Positions 1 to 8,954 of a DNA stretch of 64,000 nucleotides are shown piece by piece. The DNA is taken from the sequence record MG655270.1. One strand, 5' to 3'. A program made the position numbers and the translations under genes. Under the pieces are notes generated by a model that made no database searches, was not told the origin of the DNA, and saw nothing but the letters and a program-made list of their open reading frames with translations. Numbering within the stretch: the stretch's first letter is position 1; the number at the start of each line of letters is the position of its first letter.

Positions 1-996
1 ATGGCACATGATCATCAATTCAACGAAGCCTCAGACAGAGGGCTATTCGATTATGATGCTGACTGTAAAGTAAGTTACTTTATTAAGTCCGCACTCAAGA
101 CTCCGTTATTCATTCGACAGCGTACCGGATTGGATAATATCATCCCACCGAAGTTTTATGGTGGCGGGGTCATGGATCAGGTGGAAATCATGCTAGAGTT
201 TCAGATCAAGGAGCATGTATTTCTCGACATTAACAGTAAATCAATTGAGGAGCTACCACCCGAGTACGCCGTGATTGCCAAGGCAATTAATGTAATAAAA
301 GAAAAGCGTGTACGTGAACATGGCAACTATTATGTTGGTCGTGTTGTGTATACCTTTACCAGCGAATATTTTGAGCGCTGTAATGGTCAGTTCTATTTCT
401 CTGTGTTGGATATGGTCTTCTCCGTAAATAGCCCAGATGAGACAGACGAACACCCGTATTGCATTAATGTGTTACAGCAAACCATGGCCGCGAAATTAAA
501 GGACGATTATGCCGGCTTAGTGACCTATGCAGTTAAGCTGGTAGATTCGCAGACGCGACTAGGCCCAAAGTACATCAACATCGCTGGTGATGTCTTTGAA
601 GTCACACCCACCGAAGGGCAAGGGACCGAATCAGCTGACGGCCTCTATCTCATTGGTGATGCACCGATCCGCAGAGGGAAGAAAGAATCTACTGGGCGTA
701 CACGATTTACGCCACTCGACTCGATACTACAAAGCCCTGAGAAGTATGGATTATTTTCTACTATTGGGGAAGCAAAGCATCGGGGAGATAAACAGTTGGA
801 TGCGGCATTTAATGCATTAGACGCAGCTAACGCGAAGGAACGGAAAGCGCAGCAGAAGATCGCTCAGCTGGAGACTCAGCTGGAAGGGTTTAAAGCAAAA
901 GAGAAACAGGACAATGGACTGGTTCTCAACAAAGGGATAACGGAGCTCATCAAACTTATTACTGCCACTATAGGCATTGTTAAACTCTTGAGGTAA
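1..996 (+). CDS. conserved hypothetical protein upstream of the nvRNAP subunit (may extend beyond the window edge)
   Basis: 331 aa ORF, stop 4 nt before the next gene; no recognisable motif. Confidence 0.7.
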   Translation: MAHDHQFNEASDRGLFDYDADCKVSYFIKSALKTPLFIRQRTGLDNIIPPKFYGGGVMDQVEIMLEFQIKEHVFLDINSKSIEELPPEYAVIAKAINVIKEKRVREHGNYYVGRVVYTFTSEYFERCNGQFYFSVLDMVFSVNSPDETDEHPYCINVLQQTMAAKLKDDYAGLVTYAVKLVDSQTRLGPKYINIAGDVFEVTPTEGQGTESADGLYLIGDAPIRRGKKESTGRTRFTPLDSILQSPEKYGLFSTIGEAKHRGDKQLDAAFNALDAANAKERKAQQKIAQLETQLEGFKAKEKQDNGLVLNKGITELIKLITATIGIVKLLR

Positions 997-1000
997 CTCA

Positions 1001-2689
1001 ATGGACCCGTTGCTCGAAACAGCTATAAAAAATACCATACCAAAAATGAATCCAGATATCTCTAATGGATTTGTAAAGCGAGAGCTAGACAAAGCACTTG
1101 AATATCTCAACAACGTCTTTGCCAGCGCCTTTGGTAGTTTGGGTTCCAACATTAAGTACATCGGGTATCAGCGTTGTCGTCCCGATGAAGAGTACCGTTT
1201 CAGTTTAAAGCGTAATGGCGGGGCAACAGCTTCGAAGGCACGTTATGAGCTGGCCCGGTCTGATGTGTTTCTCACCAAGTTCAACTTCACGGTCGATGGA
1301 AAAGCAACCAAGCCACTGCTGCTCTATGTGCCGTACTGTGATGACACTGGACTAATGCACCTGCGTGGGACAGCACACACCATCTCGCCTGTCTTGGAAG
1401 ATCCAGGGATCTCTGTGACACGGGATGGTTGTTTCTTTCGCGTGACCTGTGACAAGATCGTGGTGAAACGTACTGGCCATACGGTCTGTCGTGATACCAT
1501 GGACATCACACAAAAGCGTAAGCGGGTGCAGAAGCACATCAACGTACCGTGGGCGAAGATCTACCGTGCTAAGCAACAGAAAGCGAACTCAGCGAAGACC
1601 GCACCGGTTACCTCGCTGCCGCACTATCTGTTTGCGAAGTATGGCGTCACGCACACCTTTAAGAAGTATGCTGGTATGGATGTGGTGTTCGGGACTGAGT
1701 TGGATATCACACCTCAGAACTATCCTGACAATGAGTGGACACGGTTCTATTCCGCTAAACAAACCCATCCTAACAACAAGCGTCCGTCCCAAGAGTGGGT
1801 GCCAACGGCTGCAGCGTTAGCTGTCAGAACCACCGCACCGTCTCAGTTGGTGGATATCTTGGTAGCTGGCTACTTCTATGTCGCTGACTGTTATACCCAT
1901 GAATTCAATCCGATTCACTCTGATGAGCCAGATCATTGGCGTCTGATGATGGGTAAGATGGTCTTTAACAAGACGGTCAAGTATGTGCAGATGACAGAAT
2001 ACCTGGCACCGCACTTTGCCTCACTTGATACGTACCTGGACGACATCGCCAAAGAGAACCTGGCCGAAGAAGGGGTGTTGTGTGAAGACGTGTATGAGCT
2101 GATGACTTACATCATTGCAAACCTGGATCACATGATCAACACTGTGAACCTGGCTAGCATGTACAACAAGAAACTCGTTGTATTGCCGTATGTGTTATCA
2201 CCGATCATTCACGGGATCTTCTATACCAAGTTTAACCTGATGCAACAATGCAAGAAGCGTGCTGTTGATACCACCACTGGTGAAGAGATCATGGTGTTCA
2301 CGGAAGACACGTTATTTGATGTTCTTGGACGTAACCTGAAGCCGGAAGCGATTAACAAAGTGAAAGGGCCAGACCATGGCATGATTAGCTCTGTTGCAGC
2401 CCCAGGCGACAATAAGATGTTTAAGATAAATAACAAGATTACACTACAGCAAAATGCAACACAATCAGGTGGGCGTCGTAATGAATCACCGATGACCGAT
2501 GATTCGAAAGGGCTGGATGTCAGTATTGCAGACTGTGCATCGTATCTCCATATTACGAAACCCGATCCGACTGGCCGCTCTTTATTTAACCCCTTTAAGT
2601 TATTGGTACGTGATAAACTGCTTCCGTCCGTTAAATATGAAAAACTGTTTAACGTAACGCAGGCGATTATCTATCGTCGCAATATTTAG
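1001..2689 (+). CDS. non-virion RNA polymerase beta-like subunit, N-terminal part (phiKZ gp123-like)
   Basis: 562 aa. Sequence resembles the phiKZ-family split beta subunit (LLLYVPY, HTISPVLEDPG, LPHYLFAKYG). Position shortly before the portal block matches phiKZ-like gene order as recalled. Confidence 0.75.
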   Translation: MDPLLETAIKNTIPKMNPDISNGFVKRELDKALEYLNNVFASAFGSLGSNIKYIGYQRCRPDEEYRFSLKRNGGATASKARYELARSDVFLTKFNFTVDGKATKPLLLYVPYCDDTGLMHLRGTAHTISPVLEDPGISVTRDGCFFRVTCDKIVVKRTGHTVCRDTMDITQKRKRVQKHINVPWAKIYRAKQQKANSAKTAPVTSLPHYLFAKYGVTHTFKKYAGMDVVFGTELDITPQNYPDNEWTRFYSAKQTHPNNKRPSQEWVPTAAALAVRTTAPSQLVDILVAGYFYVADCYTHEFNPIHSDEPDHWRLMMGKMVFNKTVKYVQMTEYLAPHFASLDTYLDDIAKENLAEEGVLCEDVYELMTYIIANLDHMINTVNLASMYNKKLVVLPYVLSPIIHGIFYTKFNLMQQCKKRAVDTTTGEEIMVFTEDTLFDVLGRNLKPEAINKVKGPDHGMISSVAAPGDNKMFKINNKITLQQNATQSGGRRNESPMTDDSKGLDVSIADCASYLHITKPDPTGRSLFNPFKLLVRDKLLPSVKYEKLFNVTQAIIYRRNI

Positions 2690-2701
2690 TGAGCCTACAT
2701 C

Positions 2702-2878
2702 ATGAAACAGAACGCTGAGATCGATTCGTCTATTATTTCTACCGGTAATATCTTCCAGGCACACAAGCCAGCCCCAGTTGGTCGTTGTGATCTGTCGGGT
2801 GAATCACAGAAACGCTCACAGAGCATGACAGAAGAAGATAAGGCGGCAGTAGCCAAACGTTTTGGTTTGACTAAATAA
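2702..2878 (+). CDS. small hypothetical protein (58 aa, MKQNAEIDSS...KRFGLTK), below the ORF-track cutoff
   Basis: Manually translated ATG2702-TAA2878; fills the gap between two + genes. Confidence 0.55.
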   Translation: MKQNAEIDSSIISTGNIFQAHKPAPVGRCDLSGESQKRSQSMTEEDKAAVAKRFGLTK

Positions 2879-2925
2879 TTAACTTTTTGTAAGCAGATTG
2901 TTTTAGTCTGCAAAAGGAAACCGTT

Positions 2926-5397
2926 ATGAGCAATATGTACCCACCGCAGATGATGATGGCCCAAGGAGGGTTGTATCCTCAGCAAGGGATGTATCCGCAG
3001 CAGCAGATGATGCAACCCCCAATGATGATGCAGCAACAAGCTCCACAAATCGATAAGCAAGCTTTAGCACAGGCTTTTGCAAAGTTTATCGATCAGGCGG
3101 CCACGCAGAACCAGAACCAGCTGACTGCCTATATCCACATGCGTTACACACAGAACCAGTATCAGAACCAGCAGTTCCAAACTGCGGTGAACACGGTACT
3201 GGCGATGTACATGTTGGCGCTGCAGACAGCTCCTGGTATGCCACCGCATCAACTGCAGGGTCAAGCGGTGGTTGATGCATACGAAATCCACGCCATTCTG
3301 GAGTTGCAGCAGAACCCCCAGATGGTGCAGGCTTTGGCGCCGAATATCATTCAGGCACTTGTGCAGAATATCCCGCGCTTACAGCAGCAGTTAAATCAAA
3401 GCTTCCCGCAGCTGCAGTTGCAAGTACCACAACTTAATGTTCCGGGTTATCAGCTGCAGAATACCATGCAGCCGCAGCAGCACATGTTACCTGGTTATAA
3501 TGCCATGATGCCACCGATGCAGGGTTATGCACCGGTACCGCAGCAGGGGATGTATCAGAACAGCATGATGCCTGGTCAGCCGTACAATGGTTATAACGCG
3601 CAGACCAATGATAACCTTGGCATGAGTGATGCCCGTGCTCAGTTACCTGCACCGCCAGCCGATGGTAAGTATTACGGCCCAGCGAGCATTGGTAACAGCA
3701 CCGACAGCAAACCAGCCAACACCGTGCAGCCTATTGCGGTCGCCGGCTTTGAAGTCAGTGAAGCGCGTGTACCAATGCATGCGGTGGGTGTGTTGGAAGA
3801 GTACAGTACACCTAACCTGCAACAAGCGATGCAACAACAGCAAGACATGCCAATGCCGAGTAACATCGACTTTGACAGTGTGATGTCGCTGGAAGAGGAA
3901 GAGAACGAAGAACCGATGTTCAACGTCCCGCTGGCGGATGAAGAGCAACTGGTACTGAATGCGGGCACGGATGACGAACCGTATCAGAGTCCGTTCCCGT
4001 CATTCTCTCAGATCTTCGGTCAACCTGCCTCAGGTGCTAACATCAGTGCAGCAGCAGAAGCGGCGATGACACCACCTCCTGCTGAAGCGTTACTGTCTCA
4101 GCCGGTTGCAAACAAACCGACGGTTGTGGTAACCAAAGCTGCTGAAGTGTCACCAGACGGTCTGCCAGATGGCTGGATGTTCACTGAGTCGCTGGAAGCC
4201 GGTGAGTTCCTGAAGCTGATCCGTGCTGCTAAACGCAATCGTAAGAATCCACTGCCGATTCATTACGACCGTACTTTCATGACCCGCTTGTATCGCTATA
4301 ACCAAGATGGTGCGATTGAGCAACGTATCGTAGGAGAAACCATGGACAGACTTCGTCACGACCTATCCTCACTGGACGAGGTAGATAACCAAGGGGCACG
4401 TGAGCAAGCAGCACTGTTCGCGCCACTGACCACTGCTACTATTGATGAAGTCAATAAGGTAGTGAAGGAAGCAGAGAAAGACAGCGGGAAAGTGACTGAG
4501 AAGCTGAAAGAGAAAGACATCGTCGTTCTTAGCAAGCCAGTGACTGTATCGTGCCGTCAAGAAGCAGCTATCCTGGTGGCAGCCAAAGCTGGCGAGATTC
4601 AGAAACTCAACAGCAACAAACACGGTTATGAGTACTACTACCGTGAAGCGATGGTACTGCAAACCACCAAGAACGTGGTGGCGTTGTTGGAGAACCCAAC
4701 TGTCAAAGCGTTGTCTCAGCGTTCACAGGTGAACAACCTGGTTGAGCTGGCAGAAGCAATCCGTGCAGCGCGTGCAGAAGGTGCGTTAAGTCCACAGGCA
4801 CTGACCAAGCTGACTGACCACATGATGGAAGTGTTTAACGACATGCTCACTCATGATTACGGTTATGCGGGCGAACTGGTGTTGACCGGTAGTGATGAAG
4901 ACGGTAACAAAACCCAGCTGGAAGATGAGCTGATGGACTTCGTGGTCTACATGGACAGTAATGAAGATCATCGTGAAGTGCTCGATCTGATTCATAAGCG
5001 TTGGATTCCGCTGCGTGAGCGTCTGTGCATTATCTTAACGGATGGTGCCTTAACCTCTGCACAACGTATCCTGGCCAAACGTTACGGTTCAGACGATGAC
5101 ATGGATGCGATGGTTGATGCGACCAGTAACATGCTGATTGCAATGACCTCGGTTAGCGTAACCAACCTCAACAAAACCAGCCGTGAGCTGAAGCTTGATG
5201 ACAAGGACCGTATCTTCGCTGTAAACGCGTCTGACAGCCCGTATCTGTACAGTGTGTTGAAAGGTATCACCGAGCGCACTAAACAGCACACATCGCGTTA
5301 CACGAAGCATCGCGTGGTAACGGCAGATGGTCGCTTCCTGAACTTCCGCTTAGGTGGTTTGGGTGACGGTAGTGTCTTTATTGCCAACTTTGAGTAA
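2926..5397 (+). CDS. large protein with Q/M/P/Y/G-rich low-complexity N-terminus and globular C-terminal half
   Basis: 823 aa; RBS AAGGA; composition visible in translation. Confidence 0.85.
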   Translation: MSNMYPPQMMMAQGGLYPQQGMYPQQQMMQPPMMMQQQAPQIDKQALAQAFAKFIDQAATQNQNQLTAYIHMRYTQNQYQNQQFQTAVNTVLAMYMLALQTAPGMPPHQLQGQAVVDAYEIHAILELQQNPQMVQALAPNIIQALVQNIPRLQQQLNQSFPQLQLQVPQLNVPGYQLQNTMQPQQHMLPGYNAMMPPMQGYAPVPQQGMYQNSMMPGQPYNGYNAQTNDNLGMSDARAQLPAPPADGKYYGPASIGNSTDSKPANTVQPIAVAGFEVSEARVPMHAVGVLEEYSTPNLQQAMQQQQDMPMPSNIDFDSVMSLEEEENEEPMFNVPLADEEQLVLNAGTDDEPYQSPFPSFSQIFGQPASGANISAAAEAAMTPPPAEALLSQPVANKPTVVVTKAAEVSPDGLPDGWMFTESLEAGEFLKLIRAAKRNRKNPLPIHYDRTFMTRLYRYNQDGAIEQRIVGETMDRLRHDLSSLDEVDNQGAREQAALFAPLTTATIDEVNKVVKEAEKDSGKVTEKLKEKDIVVLSKPVTVSCRQEAAILVAAKAGEIQKLNSNKHGYEYYYREAMVLQTTKNVVALLENPTVKALSQRSQVNNLVELAEAIRAARAEGALSPQALTKLTDHMMEVFNDMLTHDYGYAGELVLTGSDEDGNKTQLEDELMDFVVYMDSNEDHREVLDLIHKRWIPLRERLCIILTDGALTSAQRILAKRYGSDDDMDAMVDATSNMLIAMTSVSVTNLNKTSRELKLDDKDRIFAVNASDSPYLYSVLKGITERTKQHTSRYTKHRVVTADGRFLNFRLGGLGDGSVFIANFE

Positions 5398-5405
5398 CCC
5401 ATAAC

Positions 5406-5433
5406 AGGAGAGCTTCGGCTCTCCTTTATGCCG
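5406..5433 (+). terminator. hairpin plus TTATGCCG element
   Basis: AGGAGAGC-TTCG-GCTCTCCT then TTATGCCG. Confidence 0.75.
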
Positions 5434-5669
5434 GCCAGGTTTTCCACCCATTTCCTCTATCGGACAACAGATATAGATAGCGTCTGATCAACGTCATTGA
5501 TTACACCTTATTCTACAACCCCAACGTAACCTGTCGACATTCATAAGGGAATGCCACACCGTTGTTTATGTCCGTCCTTATAAAAGAAGCGACCAAGCAA
5601 AAGACCAATAATCCGCAAGCCTTCTTTAAACTAAACTTGTTCTCTTTTCTTATTAATCTGGAGTGTTGT

Positions 5670-6002
5670 ATGGATTTCTCATTTCTACTTGATCAAAACC
5701 CGTTGAGCTATTACAAAAACGAGTTACCGGCCTTAGTCCGTGAACTTAATCGCTCGATGGAAGATGATGCCCGTGTTTCCTGTGAAGACGCACTGAATGC
5801 GCTGGTGCATCTCTTTGCAACACCGGGTGAGCTCATCAGCCTTACTATTCAGCGCCACTGTAGCATCGCTGAGCAGAAGCTGCGTTATACGGCAAAGTTC
5901 ATCAATGACACGGTGGTCACGGTCGAAGGACCTGAACCAATGGATCTGCGCTATGTGCTAGGGACTGCAGTATTTAACGCCATTACCATTCCTATCAAAT
6001 AA
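5670..6002 (+). CDS. hypothetical protein (MDFSFLLDQ...)
   Basis: GGAG RBS before ATG5670; ends at a terminator. Confidence 0.65.
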   Translation: MDFSFLLDQNPLSYYKNELPALVRELNRSMEDDARVSCEDALNALVHLFATPGELISLTIQRHCSIAEQKLRYTAKFINDTVVTVEGPEPMDLRYVLGTAVFNAITIPIK

Positions 6003-6004
6003 AT

Positions 6005-6060
6005 CGGCATAAGAGGAGAGGCATTTGCCTCTCCTCTGTTATGTTACTTCTTTTTTTTTT
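6005..6060. terminator. bidirectional terminator between convergent genes
   Basis: CGGCATAA, 11-bp stem AGAGGAGAGGC/GCCTCTCCTCT, then T-rich tract. Confidence 0.85.
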
Positions 6061-6063
6061 GGT

Positions 6064-8922
6064 TTAGAACGTGAACTTCGGGTTTTTCGAGTCGTCGTCG
6101 TTGAAGTCGTCATCCGTCGGATCTTCAAGACTCGGATCAGCAGCATCATCATCATCCGGATTAGTGGTATCGTCCGGGTTCTGTGTGTCATCCGGGTTCT
6201 GCTCATCTACCGGAGGTTCGTCACCATCGGCCGGTGGTGTCGGCATGGCAAATGGGTCAGCTTCACCCTCATCCGGTGGAGCGTTCGGATTAGCGGCGGT
6301 ATCACCCAACTGCTCATCTTCCTTCAGTTTATCGTATTTACTCTGCAGCTTCTCTTCGACTTTCTTCTTATCTTTCAGATACGTGAGAATGCCTTCCCAG
6401 ACATTTTCGTTATAGCTGATGATTTCAGAAAGCAGGGCAGCGGTAGCGTTAGTGTCTTCACCCAGATCATTCAGGATTGCGTATTGCTGCGCATTACCGG
6501 AATCATCCATCCACTTACGCATGTACATTGCCACCAGAGACTGACGCCAGGTTTCCAGATCCTCTTCAGAGCCATCCAGGAACTTGCCCACCACGGCATC
6601 TGGGAAGCGGTCATTGATGACAGCCTCGGTGTGCTCACGACGTGTCTGGTAGGCACGGGTGATCTCTTCCAGGTCGGTGGTTTCAGGTTCAGGCAGGGTG
6701 ACGATGATTGAGTTAATGAAGTTGGTCAGCAGGCGTGCTGCAATCGCACTTTCATCCTTAGCAACATCCGGGTTATTGGCTTTGAAGTCCTCAAACATCT
6801 TCTTACCTTTAGCCGAAGACGGACTCCAGAGCTTCTTGTTGTTATGAATGATGTCGTACAACTCATTCATCAAGTTACCGGACTTGGCAGTCAGTTTACG
6901 CACCAGGTCAGAGGCATGACCACATACCACACGTTGTGACACGGTGATCTCTTGCGAGTACAGCGCATCGTTGTTGATGTGCTCGATGGCAAACTTAATG
7001 TCGTTCTGCGACGAGATGAGTTCAGGACGAATCCCCCACATCTGCGACAAGAACTCCATCAAGCGGTCATTCCACTCCGGATCAGGTGGAGTGATATCAC
7101 GCTTGCCGTGAGAGATATCTGCATCAATTGACGGGTAGTGATCGTTACCGCTGGTCTTTACAATCACGCTGGCACTGTCAAGGATGTTACACACATCACG
7201 CGGGTTCTTGGCACCGATGATCGAGGAGAGACCCAGGGTGGAGTTCAAGTGCGTGGTGATCACATCTTCGATGGTGTTTTCTGGCTCGGGGTCATCCTCA
7301 TCCAGCGGGATGTTCAGGGTGGTGATGTTCACCGAGTTCGCAACGTTAGCAAGCGTAGTAGCAATGATGTTGGTCATCGCCATCGACGCATACAGACGTG
7401 AGCGGTCTAACAGAGAACGACCAATACCAAACCGGTTGTAGTCGAAAGCGAAGTAGGTCATCGCTTCTTCTGGCAGGTACAGGATACGGGTCTGCAGGTT
7501 ACGGCACGTACGGGCAAACATGATACGCATGACTTCGTTGGTTAATCCCACGGTCATGGTCTGGCCATAGGTACCATTAGCCAGGCGCTGCACCAGATCT
7601 TTCTCCACTTCTTCGACATACTTGTTGTAGAAGGCAGACGTATCAAAGGTACATTTATTACCCGACTTCATCTCAGCCGCCATGGCAATAATGCCTTTGG
7701 TGCTGTCGATGGCGCTGTTGGTATCCTGACGGTTCTTCATCTGATCTTGATAGAACTGATCATTCTGCGCCGTGCGTACCGGGTTACCGTGTTCATCCAA
7801 CAGAACGAAGTAACCCACGCGGTGTTTAAAGTCACCTGGGACGTGCACTGGGATCACACACTCTGAGGGCAGGTGCATCAGTAATGGTTGGCCAACGTTT
7901 TCTTTAGACAGCTCGTCGTCACGCCCGACCGTGATGTTGTTGGTCGCTACGTAATCACGCTGTTTAAAGAGGTCGTTGTAGACATTGCTGTACTGCTCAT
8001 CCGTCAACACCGGCGTCTGGGCAACTTTGCTGTCTTTGTCCTTACCGCCTTTTGCTTTCGCCCCGCCTTTATCTTCCAGTGCTTCCATACCGGCACGGCG
8101 CAGACCTAACGGGATACGGTTCTTCTTCGACAGGTTGTGGCGAGCCAACGCCAGCTTAAAGCGCGGCAGACTTAACACCGCATCGTTATCGGTGATGGTC
8201 AGCCCCAACTCATTTTTATTATCACCATTCAGATGGTGCATGGTCATAATAGGCGTTTCGCCACTCATCAACGATTCGAGTGACGCGGTCATCAGCATAT
8301 TAGAACTACCTGGGTTACCCAGATAGCCACGAGAGCGGAACTGTTGGGAGTGTGCGTCGTAGTCATCAGCAATCGCTTCCATACCAGAGCCACGGGTATA
8401 GCCGTTAATCACGTTATCCAGTGACGACTGGGAAAGCACTGCCCAGGCTGAAGAACCGGTCTTAAATAACATGTCCGGAACGATGTCAGCAAGTTTGTCA
8501 GTAATTTTATAGTTCTTTTCTATGTACTCCCGCACTGCGCTGATCAAAAGACTGTTAAGCTCTGTGTTCTTACCCTCATACGCTTCTGTGGTATAAGTCA
8601 GGGAGACCGTGCGTAAGTTACGCGGAGAGAGAATAGACGCCGTAAGGATCTTACACGCCTTTAAGGCTCCGGGTACACTTTCCATCAATTCGGTATTCGA
8701 GTCGATACTGGTACTGGTCAGTTTGGAGATGTTTTGGAGCATCCCTGCAGAAGGACCACCATCCCGGTTGGAACGTCCTGTACGTTTGGACGTATCCCGC
8801 GGTTTGTTGTCCTTCGGAACCAGTATGTCAATGATCGCTTTTGTCGCAGGATCTTTATTGAGTAAATTCAGTTTTGGCGTAGCAGCACGGCTGTTACCTG
8901 CCAAGCGATTCGATTCGGCCAT
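6064..8922 (-). CDS. probable portal protein (phiKZ gp129-like) with acidic NPDD-repeat tail
   Basis: About 950 aa; AAGGAG RBS before ATG8922. Size, opposite orientation and position beside a large structural gene fit the phiKZ-like portal locus. Inferred, not searched. Confidence 0.65.
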   Translation of the reverse strand: MAESNRLAGNSRAATPKLNLLNKDPATKAIIDILVPKDNKPRDTSKRTGRSNRDGGPSAGMLQNISKLTSTSIDSNTELMESVPGALKACKILTASILSPRNLRTVSLTYTTEAYEGKNTELNSLLISAVREYIEKNYKITDKLADIVPDMLFKTGSSAWAVLSQSSLDNVINGYTRGSGMEAIADDYDAHSQQFRSRGYLGNPGSSNMLMTASLESLMSGETPIMTMHHLNGDNKNELGLTITDNDAVLSLPRFKLALARHNLSKKNRIPLGLRRAGMEALEDKGGAKAKGGKDKDSKVAQTPVLTDEQYSNVYNDLFKQRDYVATNNITVGRDDELSKENVGQPLLMHLPSECVIPVHVPGDFKHRVGYFVLLDEHGNPVRTAQNDQFYQDQMKNRQDTNSAIDSTKGIIAMAAEMKSGNKCTFDTSAFYNKYVEEVEKDLVQRLANGTYGQTMTVGLTNEVMRIMFARTCRNLQTRILYLPEEAMTYFAFDYNRFGIGRSLLDRSRLYASMAMTNIIATTLANVANSVNITTLNIPLDEDDPEPENTIEDVITTHLNSTLGLSSIIGAKNPRDVCNILDSASVIVKTSGNDHYPSIDADISHGKRDITPPDPEWNDRLMEFLSQMWGIRPELISSQNDIKFAIEHINNDALYSQEITVSQRVVCGHASDLVRKLTAKSGNLMNELYDIIHNNKKLWSPSSAKGKKMFEDFKANNPDVAKDESAIAARLLTNFINSIIVTLPEPETTDLEEITRAYQTRREHTEAVINDRFPDAVVGKFLDGSEEDLETWRQSLVAMYMRKWMDDSGNAQQYAILNDLGEDTNATAALLSEIISYNENVWEGILTYLKDKKKVEEKLQSKYDKLKEDEQLGDTAANPNAPPDEGEADPFAMPTPPADGDEPPVDEQNPDDTQNPDDTTNPDDDDAADPSLEDPTDDDFNDDDSKNPKFTF

Positions 8923-8954
8923 TTTAAAGAGGCTCCTTGCAGTGGGAGAATAGC

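Noticed and set aside
6025-6711. 228 aa plus-strand ORF
   Set aside because: Antisense shadow of the acidic repetitive portal tail; no RBS and biased composition.
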